DNA of 43,679 nucleotides from an uncultured Alphaproteobacteria bacterium (GTDB taxonomy: Bacteria; Pseudomonadota; Alphaproteobacteria; JAPYRI01), in assembly GCA_964405515.1 (NCBI GenBank), contig CAYOOG010000003.1:1-43679 (forward strand), given 5' to 3'. The position numbers were made by a program, and so were the translations under genes. The notes beneath the pieces were generated by a model. The model had not been told where the DNA came from and searched no databases. It saw only the letters and a program-made list of their open reading frames with translations. Of this stretch, positions 21,074 through 29,477 are shown in pieces; positions within the stretch are counted from its first letter, which is position 1; each line of letters begins with the position of its first letter.

Positions 21074-21138
21074 CCGTCATTTGAGGCCCATTGGTGGCGC
21101 TCGACAACCTCGGCAGATCACGCTATATCCCGCTTATT

Positions 21139-21215
21139 CGGAGCGTGGCGCAGTCTGGTAGCGCACTACACTGGGGGTGTAGGGGTCGTAGGTTCAAATC
21201 CTATCGCTCCGACCA
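21139..21215 (+). tRNA. tRNA-Pro (anticodon GGG)
   Basis: Manual cloverleaf: acceptor CGGAGCG/CGCTCCG, D-stem GCGC/GCGC, anticodon stem CTACA/TGTAG with loop CTGGGGG, T-arm GTAGG-TTCAAAT-CCTAT, encoded CCA. Confidence 0.9.
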
Positions 21216-21221
21216 AAGTTG

Positions 21222-21247
21222 AGGGCCGGTCCACAAGGGCTGGCCCT
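21222..21247. terminator. Hairpin between tRNA-Pro and the convergent hydrolase gene
   Basis: AGGGCCGG-N10-CTGGCCCT (8 bp including one G-U), followed by TTCTTCCTTT on the + strand. Confidence 0.5.
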
Positions 21248-21255
21248 TTCTTCCT

Positions 21256-22305
21256 TTAATCAACGACCGCCGAGTGCGCCAGATCCGACAGGCGCTGCCA
21301 GCGCGCCCAGCTTCTGGTCTCCTCGATAAGGCCCGCGGTCAGGCAGACAAAGGTCAACTCACGTCCGGGATCGACCCAAAACACGGTTGAGCCGGCGCCG
21401 GCGTTGCCGAAGGCGCCCGGCGTGGCCAAAGTGCCGCAAAACGATTGGTGAATTCCCTCGCCGCGCAGGAAAAAGCCGAGTCCGCTGTTGGCAGGCGCAT
21501 CGGCCCAGCCCTTCATTTCACGGGCAAAGGCCCAGACCCGGCCCGGCTCGTCTCCGCTGTGGCTGGTCGCCGCAAAGCCGACCATGGCCGGCGAAAGAAT
21601 GCGCGCGCCATCCAATTCGCCGCCGCGCCTCAGCATCTCGGCGAAGCGGTGCATGTCGCCGGCGGTGGCGTAGATGCTTGCCGCCGGCATTTCCGATTCG
21701 TTGTCGTAGACCTCGTTCATGGCTTCGAGAAGGTCCGAGGAAAGCACGTTGTCGTCCTGGTCGCGCACCACGATCGGCACCCGCCGGTCCCTGAGGTTAT
21801 CCTGCATGCCGAGGCACGAGCTGGTCATGGCCAGGGGCGTGAAGAGTTCGTCCTGGAGTATCTTTCTGAAGGGGCGGCTGCCGCCGTCAATCCGGCGCAC
21901 GATCTCGGCAAGAATATAATGGGCGGCGACGATGCTGTAGCTGACTTCGCCGAAGGGTCCCTCGAGCGGCATGGCGCAGATGGCCGCCACGGCGGCTTCC
22001 AGATTACCGAGCTCGGAGGGGGGCAGGGGCGGAAACGCCGAAGGCATGCCACCGGTGTGTGACAACAGTTGCGCTATCGTGATGCGCTGTTTGCCGAGGA
22101 TACCGAATTCCGGAATGATCTCCGCCACCGGCGTGGTCAACATGAAATCACCACGGTCGGCCCGTGCCAGCACGGAGACGGCAGTCACCGATTTGCTTAC
22201 CGACATGACCGGATAGACATCGTCGAGACGGGCGGCGCGGCCGTTCGCGAGGTCACTGAGGCCAATGGCCTCATCAAGCACGATCTGACCACGGCGAGCC
22301 ACCAC
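21256..22305 (-). CDS. Beta-lactamase-family serine hydrolase (EstB/class-C-like) with unresolved or possibly truncated 5' end
   Basis: SxxK motif MSVSKSVTA. The family-typical strand IGAAVVVARRGQIVLDEAIGLSDL sits at the extreme N-terminus. The only canonical in-frame starts are GTG 22305/22302 or ATG 22650. The ATG would add about 100 aa of Arg/Gly/Gln-rich sequence that looks like the shadow of a + strand frame. Confidence 0.65.
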   Translation of the reverse strand: MVARRGQIVLDEAIGLSDLANGRAARLDDVYPVMSVSKSVTAVSVLARADRGDFMLTTPVAEIIPEFGILGKQRITIAQLLSHTGGMPSAFPPLPPSELGNLEAAVAAICAMPLEGPFGEVSYSIVAAHYILAEIVRRIDGGSRPFRKILQDELFTPLAMTSSCLGMQDNLRDRRVPIVVRDQDDNVLSSDLLEAMNEVYDNESEMPAASIYATAGDMHRFAEMLRRGGELDGARILSPAMVGFAATSHSGDEPGRVWAFAREMKGWADAPANSGLGFFLRGEGIHQSFCGTLATPGAFGNAGAGSTVFWVDPGRELTFVCLTAGLIEETRSWARWQRLSDLAHSAVVD

Positions 22306-22315
22306 GACGGCGGCG

Positions 22316-22599
22316 CCTATGGCTACGGCTCGATCTTTACCCTGGCGGAGACCGGCGACCCGGCGCTGGAAAAGGCGCGCGCCTGGATCGGCCCGGCCCT
22401 GAACACGCCGCTGGCCCAGGTGGAAGGCAGCTCCGATTCCATCCCCTTCTTTCCCCTGTCCCAGGGCTACATGCAGACCGGCTATATCCGCGCGCTGCCC
22501 CACGCAGAGGTCACGCCCATCGGGCTGGAGTTCGGCAGCCTGAACGAGGAGCGGACCCTGGTGATCGGCCAGGTATTGCGCGGCCTTGGCGGAATGTGA
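22316..22599 (+). pseudogene. Start-less coding remnant (about 90 C-terminal codons of an unidentified gene) upstream of the CocE/NonD gene
   Basis: About 89% G/C at third codon positions and about 68% at first positions over 22345-22599 (hand count). The sequence is protein-like (...PALEKARAWIGPALNTPLAQVEGSSDSIPFFPLSQGYMQTGYIRALPHAEVTPIGLEFGSLNEERTLVIGQVLRGLGGM*). No ATG/GTG/TTG lies between 22070 and 22419 in this frame. The 5' boundary is approximate. Confidence 0.45.
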
Positions 22600-22625
22600 G
22601 CGAAACGAACGGGAGGTCGATCTAA

Positions 22626-24503
22626 ATGGTACTGAGACAGGCCAGTGCATTGTTTCTTGTTTTCACGGTTCTGACGACATGGAGCGCGGATTCAACTCGC
22701 GCCGATGAGATCGATCGCGTATCCCGGTTCGGAGAATATCGTGGCTATTCCACGCCCTCCTACGACGGCCGTAATCTGACGTCCCTGTACGTCACAGTGA
22801 GGGATGGCACGAAACTCGCCGTTGATATCGTGCGGCCAACGAGGAACGGCAAGGTGGAGAACAAGCCGCTGCCGGTCGTCTGGACGCTTACGCGCTATCA
22901 CCGGGACAAGGTTGGCAACAACCCGATCGAGGATTGGATTGAGCGTTTTTCCTTGTACGGTTATGTCGTTGCAACCGTTGACGTTCGGGGAAGCGGTGCC
23001 TCTTACGGCTCGCGGCAGGGGTGGTTCGCCCCTGAAGAAGCCCGTGACGCCTACGACATTACGGAATGGTTAGCCGCGCGGCCTTGGTCCGATGGCAACA
23101 TTGGCATGTTCGGCCGGTCCTACCTTGGCATGACGCAGTTCTTCGCGGCCAGCCAGGCACCACCCCATCTGAAGGCCATCTTTCCGGAAATGGTCGCTTT
23201 TGATCTGTACGACAGTGATTACCCGGGCGGCATATACGGCGCAACCGGTCGCGCTTGGTTCAATCTCTTTATCAAGATGGGCGATTTCTCCATGCCTTTT
23301 CAGGGGTTTCGTGGCTCGCCCGCTCGCCCGGTCGACGCGGATTCCGATGGATCCCTGCTTCAGGGCGCCATCCGCGAACACTTCTGGAACTGGGACGTTT
23401 TCACAATGTCCTCTCAGCTTCCTTACCGAAATAGCCGCGACCCCTTCAGTAACACGATGATTCACCGGGAACGGTCGCTGGGTACTTATGCCAAGCAGAT
23501 CGAAAGCGCCGGTATCCCCGTATACTTGGTGGGCGGGTGGTTCGACATTGCGGCCACGGACGCCATTAAATGGTTCAAGAACCATCGGGATACAAAGAAG
23601 GTCGTGATTGGGCCCTGGCGCCATGTGGAGGTGTTCGCGATTGATCTGCTGGTCGAGCACTTGCGCTGGTTCGATTTCTGGCTCAAGGGCATAGACAACG
23701 GAATCATGGAGGAGCCACCGCTTCGCTACTGGACCTTGGGAGCACCAGCCGGGAAGCAGTGGCGCACTGCCCGAGACTGGCCGCCGCCCGGTCAAGAACG
23801 TGTTGATTTCTATTTCGCATCCGGCCGGTCGGGCAGCATTGACTCGACAAATGATGGGATGTTGCGGCGGGTGGTCCCTAAGTCTGGGCACGGAAAGGAC
23901 GAATACGTCGTCGATTACAGCACTGCTTCCGGCGGGGAAAGCAGATGGCAGGGCGGCCCAATGAACATGGGTAGAAGCTGCACATTCGAGGAGTGCGGGG
24001 TTACCGGCGCCTATCCCGATAGGGCGCAGAGAGACGCTAAGGGCCTGACCTTCACTACCCCGCCGCTGGAGGCGGACATTGAGGTGACCGGCCACGCCGT
24101 TGCACATCTTTGGGTCACGTCGAGCGCCAAGGACGGGGATTTCTTTGTCTACCTGGAAGAAGTACTCCCGGATGGCCGGTCGGTGTTCCTAAGCGATGGT
24201 ATGCTGCGCGCCTCACACCGCGCGATCCACAAGCCGCCGCACGATTTTTTTGGTCTGCCCTGGCATCGCAGTTACGAGGAGGATGTGGCGGAACTGCCGG
24301 ACGAGCCGGTTGAACTTGCCATAGTCCTTCAACCTACGTCGAATATCTTTGAGGCGGGGCATCGTATACGGGTGACGATCACGGGCGCCGACTGGGACAA
24401 GTTCTTTACACCGAGATTGCCCGAGGCGCCTACGGTGACCGTGTACCGCAATGGTCGCCACGCTTCGCGCATTACTTTGCCGTTCATTCCGAATAGCAAG
24501 TAG
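22626..24503 (+). CDS. CocE/NonD-family hydrolase (peptidase S15 / X-Pro dipeptidyl-peptidase-like), secreted
   Basis: Signal-like N-terminus, VDVRGSGASYG, nucleophile elbow GMFGRSYLGMTQ, and a C-terminal jelly-roll domain typical of the family. GGGAGG SD lies 9 nt upstream. Confidence 0.85.
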   Translation: MVLRQASALFLVFTVLTTWSADSTRADEIDRVSRFGEYRGYSTPSYDGRNLTSLYVTVRDGTKLAVDIVRPTRNGKVENKPLPVVWTLTRYHRDKVGNNPIEDWIERFSLYGYVVATVDVRGSGASYGSRQGWFAPEEARDAYDITEWLAARPWSDGNIGMFGRSYLGMTQFFAASQAPPHLKAIFPEMVAFDLYDSDYPGGIYGATGRAWFNLFIKMGDFSMPFQGFRGSPARPVDADSDGSLLQGAIREHFWNWDVFTMSSQLPYRNSRDPFSNTMIHRERSLGTYAKQIESAGIPVYLVGGWFDIAATDAIKWFKNHRDTKKVVIGPWRHVEVFAIDLLVEHLRWFDFWLKGIDNGIMEEPPLRYWTLGAPAGKQWRTARDWPPPGQERVDFYFASGRSGSIDSTNDGMLRRVVPKSGHGKDEYVVDYSTASGGESRWQGGPMNMGRSCTFEECGVTGAYPDRAQRDAKGLTFTTPPLEADIEVTGHAVAHLWVTSSAKDGDFFVYLEEVLPDGRSVFLSDGMLRASHRAIHKPPHDFFGLPWHRSYEEDVAELPDEPVELAIVLQPTSNIFEAGHRIRVTITGADWDKFFTPRLPEAPTVTVYRNGRHASRITLPFIPNSK

Positions 24504-24770
24504 TGGCTGTCGCGCTTCTCATAACTGTGGTCACGCGCGCCGCCGACGCCCGATTGGCGGCAAGATAGATTGGTGAAAGTATCCGGTTATTCCGGAGATA
24601 TATTAATAATATCAATGACTTAGATACATTCCATCACGGACGGACTCATAACCTATTGTAATTACTAGCTTTTTACCGAAAAACAGGCAAATTACGAAAC
24701 GAACCCAATTGGCATGCCAGCCCTTGGTGGCCAAGGGTTTGCTGCGGATTTTTTTGCCGGTTGAGGGGTC

Positions 24771-24840
24771 GGAAAAAGTGGCGGGGGATCTGGGCTGCCA
24801 GGCTCTCCACCGTGTCCGTAATTTCGAAGGCTACTTCAGG
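24771..24840 (+). repeat. Copy 1 of a structured repeat (upstream of the ThDP-enzyme gene)
   Basis: Shares an identical 22-mer CCAGGCTCTCCACCGTGTCCGT (24798-24819) and about 75% identity over about 70 nt with 26709-26779. Confidence 0.8.
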
Positions 24841-24952
24841 CCCCGAATTATCAGGCTCGGCCCAGAAATTTCCGTGTCCGTATCTGGGCGACGTGATATT
24901 ACCCACTCACGCCGGACAAGGGCCGGGACATTCAGGACAGAGGACTTCATTA

Positions 24953-26674
24953 ATGGCTGACACGGTTAGTAGTATTCTATTGAAAATATTGAAGAAGCAC
25001 GGCATCCAGAACATTTTTTGCCTGCCGGCGGCGCAGCTCGGCATGGTCATGGATGGCGCCTCGAAGGATCCCTATTTCAATTATGTCACGACCCGTCATG
25101 AAGAGGCAGCGGGCCATATGGCCCATGCCGTTGGCAAACTGACGGATTCCATGGCCGTCTGCTTTGGCACCGTCGGGCCGGGCGCCACCAATATGGTACC
25201 CGGTGTGGCGGCGGCCTGGGCCGATAACGTCCCGTTGCTCGTGCTGACCGCAAACAATCCCTCGCGGTCGATCGACCCGGGTAGAGACCTCCTGCAGCAG
25301 GCGGACCATATCTCGCTCTATAAATCGATCACCAAGTGGAGCGCTAGCATCAGGTACCCGGAACGCGCGGCGGAGCTTATCGAGCGCGCTATTCACATTG
25401 CCCGCTCGGGCCGGCCCGGGCCGGTACACCTGGATATTCCGGTCGATATCGGGGTTGCCGCCTGCGAGCATGATCTGGACAGTATTCCGTCGATCGAGCG
25501 CATTCGGCCGGTTCCAAATTCACGGGACATGGAGAAGGTCGTCGAGCTCGTGACCAACGCCTCGCGGCCGGTGCTGATCGCCGGTGGTGGCGTCGCCCGT
25601 TCCGACGGCGTTGAGGAATTCCGCGCCCTGATGGACATCACGCGTTTCCCTGCCACGGCAACCGTGAACGGCCGCGGGATCGTGCCCAAGGACTACGAGG
25701 CCTTTGTCGGCTGTGGCGGCATCCTGGCCGGCAATGGCGCGGTCAAGGCGCTTCAGGAAGCCGATGTTATCCTCTCGGTGGGCTGCAAGTTCTCAAGCTG
25801 GATGGCCGTTAACAAGCCGCCGCTCTATCCAGCGCTCAAAGACCAGAAAATCATTCAGGTAGATACCGACTACGAGACCATCGGCAAGACCGTGCCGCTG
25901 GAGATGGGGCTGCTTGCCGATGCGCGGGAGTTTCTGGACCTTTTGAACGGCGCCCTCAAAGGCAAGACGTTCAAGGCTGATCAGGGCTGGATAGCGGAGG
26001 TTGTCACCGCGCGCGAGGAATATGTCGGGGAAATCAACGCCATCGCCGATCAGATGGTCACGGCCGGCACCAATATTCTCAACGAGGCCGCCGCCGCACG
26101 GGAAATTTCCCGCCTGATACCGGAAGACGCAATTATTGTCTTCGATGGTGGCCAGACCATGGAATGGACCAACAGCTTTATTCACCCGTCGCATCCAAGA
26201 AACTATCTCTTTGGGCCGGGGATGGGGCACCTGGGCATGGGCACACCGTTTGCCAACGCCGCCAAGCTCCTGAACCCGGATCGAACCGTGGTCCTGGTTA
26301 CCGGTGACGGGGCCATGGGCTGCACGGCTCAGGAGCTTGAGACCGCCGCCCGCTGCGGGCTTAACATTATTGTCGTCGTCTTTAACGATTCATGCTGGGG
26401 CATGTATCGGCCGTTCGGCGAAATGCTGTTTGAGAACCCGAAGTTCGGCATGAAGCTGACCGACGTTAATTTTGCCAAGCTGGCCGAGAGTTACGGCTGT
26501 ATCGGTGAGGCGGTCACCCTCGACGGGCTGGCCGATGCCTTCAAGCGCGCCGCCGAGGCCAAGCGTCCCGTGGTGCTGGATCTGCAGGTGGATTTCACGC
26601 CCCATCCCATGGATTTCTTCTGGCCTGAGGTTGTCTTTGAAAGGGTGCAGTTCTCGCCTGTCACCGTCGAGTGA
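24953..26674 (+). CDS. Thiamine-diphosphate-dependent enzyme, acetolactate-synthase-like (substrate unknown)
   Basis: MADTVSSILLKILKKHGIQNIFCLPAAQ..., HEEAAGHMAHA, the GPGATN motif, and the ThDP-binding motif GDGAMG...NN-type (VTGDGAMGCTAQELETAARCGLNIIVVVFNDSCWG). ATG at 24953 follows AGGA. The 64-codon upstream extension of the ORF crosses the repeat and is not considered coding. Confidence 0.88.
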   Translation: MADTVSSILLKILKKHGIQNIFCLPAAQLGMVMDGASKDPYFNYVTTRHEEAAGHMAHAVGKLTDSMAVCFGTVGPGATNMVPGVAAAWADNVPLLVLTANNPSRSIDPGRDLLQQADHISLYKSITKWSASIRYPERAAELIERAIHIARSGRPGPVHLDIPVDIGVAACEHDLDSIPSIERIRPVPNSRDMEKVVELVTNASRPVLIAGGGVARSDGVEEFRALMDITRFPATATVNGRGIVPKDYEAFVGCGGILAGNGAVKALQEADVILSVGCKFSSWMAVNKPPLYPALKDQKIIQVDTDYETIGKTVPLEMGLLADAREFLDLLNGALKGKTFKADQGWIAEVVTAREEYVGEINAIADQMVTAGTNILNEAAAAREISRLIPEDAIIVFDGGQTMEWTNSFIHPSHPRNYLFGPGMGHLGMGTPFANAAKLLNPDRTVVLVTGDGAMGCTAQELETAARCGLNIIVVVFNDSCWGMYRPFGEMLFENPKFGMKLTDVNFAKLAESYGCIGEAVTLDGLADAFKRAAEAKRPVVLDLQVDFTPHPMDFFWPEVVFERVQFSPVTVE

Positions 26675-26708
26675 CGGCGGTGCCGTTTGGGGAACGGTTC
26701 ATTTCGTT

Positions 26709-26794
26709 GGAAAAAAGTGGTGGAGGGCCTGGGGTTCCAGGCTCTCCACCGTGTCCGTTACTTGGGAGGCTGCTGCAGGGTTTCAGTAACGGAC
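26709..26794 (+). repeat. Copy 2 of the structured repeat (downstream of the ThDP gene, upstream of the MFS gene)
   Basis: The identical 22-mer is at 26737-26758. A 14-bp hairpin spans 26719-26732/26737-26750 and a 10-bp hairpin spans 26753-26762/26785-26794. Confidence 0.8.
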
Positions 26795-27198
26795 GGAACG
26801 ACCATTTACATAGACCGGGCGGTCAAAGTGGCGGCATTGGCGAAAGTGAAAACCGAAGCCGGTGAGGATTTCTTGTAATAGCGTGGTGATGAACATCTTC
26901 TTGTCTTTCCCTAGTAACCGTTCTCTTGTTTGGGCTTTTGCGCCTCGTTGATGAGAAGAGTGTGCCGCAGAGGCCGGGTTTGGGATGTGTCGATGGTCAC
27001 GCCCGCAGACGCGGGGACGGCATAACGGCCCCTCATGTGACGGTGGTCACCGGATTCCAGTGAACTAGGGCTGTTTTTGGCTAAATTTGGCCGATTTTGG
27101 CGGTCTGGATTCGGATGTGGCGCCCGTGGTTGCATTGCCCGGTCAAAGGGGATAGTTGAACAACAGCCTCGGCGCTCCACGCAGATACGGGTATCGGC

Positions 27199-28401
27199 AT
27201 GTCAAAGACCTCGGAACGCATGACTTTGGCGCTTTCCAGCGTCGGTCATGCCTATTCCCATCTTTTCATGCTGATCTACGCCACCGTGGTTCTGGTGTTG
27301 GAGCATGAATTCGCCATGCCTTATGCCGACCTTGCCTGGCTGGCGCTGCCGGGTTTCGTGATCTTCGGGCTGGGTTCGCTGCCCGCCGGCTGGCTTGGCG
27401 ATCATTGGAGTAACACCGGCATGATGACGGTCTACTTCTTCGGGCTCGGGGCGGCCTCCATTTTAACCGGCACGGTGGACACACCCATGGGGTTGCTGCT
27501 GGGGCTCGGCCTCATGGGCTTGTTCGCCTCGATCTATCATCCCGTGGGCATTCCGTTGATCGTCAAAAACGCCCAGAACGTTGGCCGGGCTCTTGGCTTC
27601 AACGGTGTCTTCGGGAGCGGTGGTACTGCGGCGGCGGCGATCACCGCCGGGTTTCTTGCCGATCAGTTTGGCTGGCGCTCCGCATTTATTGTTCCCGGTG
27701 TGATTTGCCTGGCCACCGGCTTGATCTTTGTCGCCGCCGTACGGCGCGGTCTCGTGCATGAGGCGGAGGCCGACGCCTCCGGTCCGCTGCCCGCCGCCAG
27801 CGCCGCCGACCGCAAGCGTGTCTTCACGGTGCTGGTCGTGACGGTGCTGTGCACCGGATTGATTTATCACAGCCTGTCGGTGGGGCTGCCGAAGATTTTC
27901 AGCGAGCGGCTGCCGGACCTGGCAGGCGAGGGGGCCCTTGGCGCCGGTATGCTGGTGTCGCTCGTCTACGCCATTTCGGCTCTGGGCCAGATCATCGGTG
28001 GGGAGTTGTCCGACCGCTATCCCATCAAGTGGGTCTATTTCGGCACTTACTTCCTGCAGGTTCCGGCCATGGTGGTTGCTTTCACCTCGCACAGCCCAGT
28101 GCTGGTGGTCGCTGTGGCGCTCATGGTGAGCTCGGGGCTGGCATCACAGCCGGCGGAGAACACGCTGCTCGCGCGCTTTACGCCGCCGAAATGGCGTGGC
28201 CGGGCGTTTGGTTTCAAATTTGTCCTGGCCTTGGGGGTGTCGTCCGTGGGCGTGGCAATGGTGCCCATGGTGCACGGCATGACCGGCTCGCTCGACTTCC
28301 TTTTTGTCTTGCTGATCGGCTTTGCGGTTGTTGCCGCATTTGCCGCGCTGGGCATTCCCAATACCCCGGCTCCAAAGCAAGAAATAACGGCGGCAGAATA
28401 G
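27199..28401 (+). CDS. MFS transporter
   Basis: 400 aa with about 12 predicted hydrophobic spans and MFS-like loop motifs (GWLGDHWS, LADQFGWRSAF). Confidence 0.85.
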   Translation: MSKTSERMTLALSSVGHAYSHLFMLIYATVVLVLEHEFAMPYADLAWLALPGFVIFGLGSLPAGWLGDHWSNTGMMTVYFFGLGAASILTGTVDTPMGLLLGLGLMGLFASIYHPVGIPLIVKNAQNVGRALGFNGVFGSGGTAAAAITAGFLADQFGWRSAFIVPGVICLATGLIFVAAVRRGLVHEAEADASGPLPAASAADRKRVFTVLVVTVLCTGLIYHSLSVGLPKIFSERLPDLAGEGALGAGMLVSLVYAISALGQIIGGELSDRYPIKWVYFGTYFLQVPAMVVAFTSHSPVLVVAVALMVSSGLASQPAENTLLARFTPPKWRGRAFGFKFVLALGVSSVGVAMVPMVHGMTGSLDFLFVLLIGFAVVAAFAALGIPNTPAPKQEITAAE

Positions 28402-28420
28402 GCGCCGGCGACCTAGCTCT

Positions 28421-29230
28421 CTAGTCGTCGCGCCAAGTGGGCTCGCGCTTGTCGAGGAAGGCGTCCATGCCCTCGCGCCCGTCGCCGCTTAACATAAAGT
28501 CGACCATGACCTTGCCGGTGTAGGCGTAGGCTTCCGCCAGTTCCATATCCAACTGATGATAGAAGGCGCGCTTGCCGGCGGCGATCGACGGGGCCGAGCG
28601 CCCGGCGATACCCGTGGCCAGGGCGTCGACTTCCTGGTCCAGTTGATCCAAGGGCACGGCGCGGTTGATAAGCCCCATGGCCACGGCGGCGCCCGCGTCG
28701 GCCATTTCGCCGGTGAGCAGCAATTCCATGGCCTGTTTGCACCCGACGGTGCGGCTCAAGGCCACCATGGGCGTGAAACAGAAGGAGCCGAGATTGACCC
28801 CCGGCGTGGCAAAGTGCGCGCCCTCGGCGGCGATGGCCATGTCGCAACTGGCCACAAGCTGGCAACCGGCGGCGGTGGCCGTGGCGTGGACCTTGGCGAT
28901 CACCGGCTGGGGCAGGTCGACGATGGACTGCATCATGCTGCTGCACAGCGAAAAGGTGCGCTCGTAAAACTCGGTATCCCGATTGGCGCGCAGTTGCTTG
29001 AGGTCATGACCGGCGCAAAAGGCCGGACCCTTGCCCGCGAGAACTACCACGTGAATGGAACGGTCGGCGGCGATGGCGTTCAGCTCCGCCTTCAGTGCGC
29101 CCAGCATCTCCAGCGACAGAGCGTTGCGGGCCTGGGGCCTGTTCAACGTGAGCGTGGCCACGGCACCCGCGTCTTGGCGCAGCAAAATCGCGTCGTTTGG
29201 AACTTCGGCCTCGGCTGGGGCTTGAGACAT
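28421..29230 (-). CDS. Enoyl-CoA hydratase/isomerase (crotonase) family protein
   Basis: ATLTLNRPQARNALS, VVVLAGKGPAFCAGHDLK and ATAAGCQLVASCDMAIAA. ATG at 29230 follows GGAGAG. Confidence 0.88.
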   Translation of the reverse strand: MSQAPAEAEVPNDAILLRQDAGAVATLTLNRPQARNALSLEMLGALKAELNAIAADRSIHVVVLAGKGPAFCAGHDLKQLRANRDTEFYERTFSLCSSMMQSIVDLPQPVIAKVHATATAAGCQLVASCDMAIAAEGAHFATPGVNLGSFCFTPMVALSRTVGCKQAMELLLTGEMADAGAAVAMGLINRAVPLDQLDQEVDALATGIAGRSAPSIAAGKRAFYHQLDMELAEAYAYTGKVMVDFMLSGDGREGMDAFLDKREPTWRDD

Positions 29231-29369
29231 GACTTTTGATCTCTCCTTTTGCCCGGCCATCTTAGCCGCCAACGGTCAAGCAGGGTAGGGGTTGGGGAGT
29301 GCCGCCCGGCAACTCAGAATACAATAGTACCGCAATTGTAACTAGCTGAAATTCAACACTTTTCGGCAG

Positions 29370-29397
29370 TTGACTTCACATTTTTCTGTGGCATACT
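29370..29397 (+). promoter_or_regulatory. Sigma-70-type promoter candidate for rplM-rpsI
   Basis: TTGACT (29370-29375), 16 nt spacer, CATACT (29392-29397). Confidence 0.45.
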
Positions 29398-29477
29398 CCG
29401 GCGCCTTGAGCGGCCTGGATGGCGGGAATTCCGCCTTTCGCCGCTCCCCAAGCAGAAGAACAGTCAGGCGGCAGGAA

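Noticed and set aside
22306-22650. ATG at 22650 as the start of a 464-aa hydrolase
   Set aside because: The extra 100 or so N-terminal codons are Arg/Gly/Gln/Leu-rich with very high first-position GC, which is the antisense shadow of the + strand frame. They would also overlap the CocE/NonD start divergently. No family-like sequence is present there.
24655-24670. ATTGTAA(TTA)CTAGCT at 24655-24670 and ATTGTAACTAGCT at 29335-29347 as att-like direct repeats flanking the ThDP-MFS-crotonase segment
   Set aside because: This is only a 13-nt match with an indel, in two AT-rich promoter regions. Chance matches of that length are expected in a 44-kb window, and no recombinase is present.
24710-24725. 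TGGCAT... as a sigma-54 promoter
   Set aside because: The downstream element does not give GG-N10-GC spacing or a TTGC -12 box. No enhancer-binding protein gene is nearby.
24709-24960. Small peptides sharing QALHRVR (ORFs 24709-24960 and 26687-26878), and the 64-codon N-terminal extension of ORF 24761, considered as peptide or RiPP-precursor genes
   Set aside because: The similarity comes from a nucleotide-identical 22-mer, including third codon positions. No SD sequences are present. The flanking residues diverge as expected for non-coding sequence, and the ThDP enzyme has a well-placed ATG/SD at 24953.
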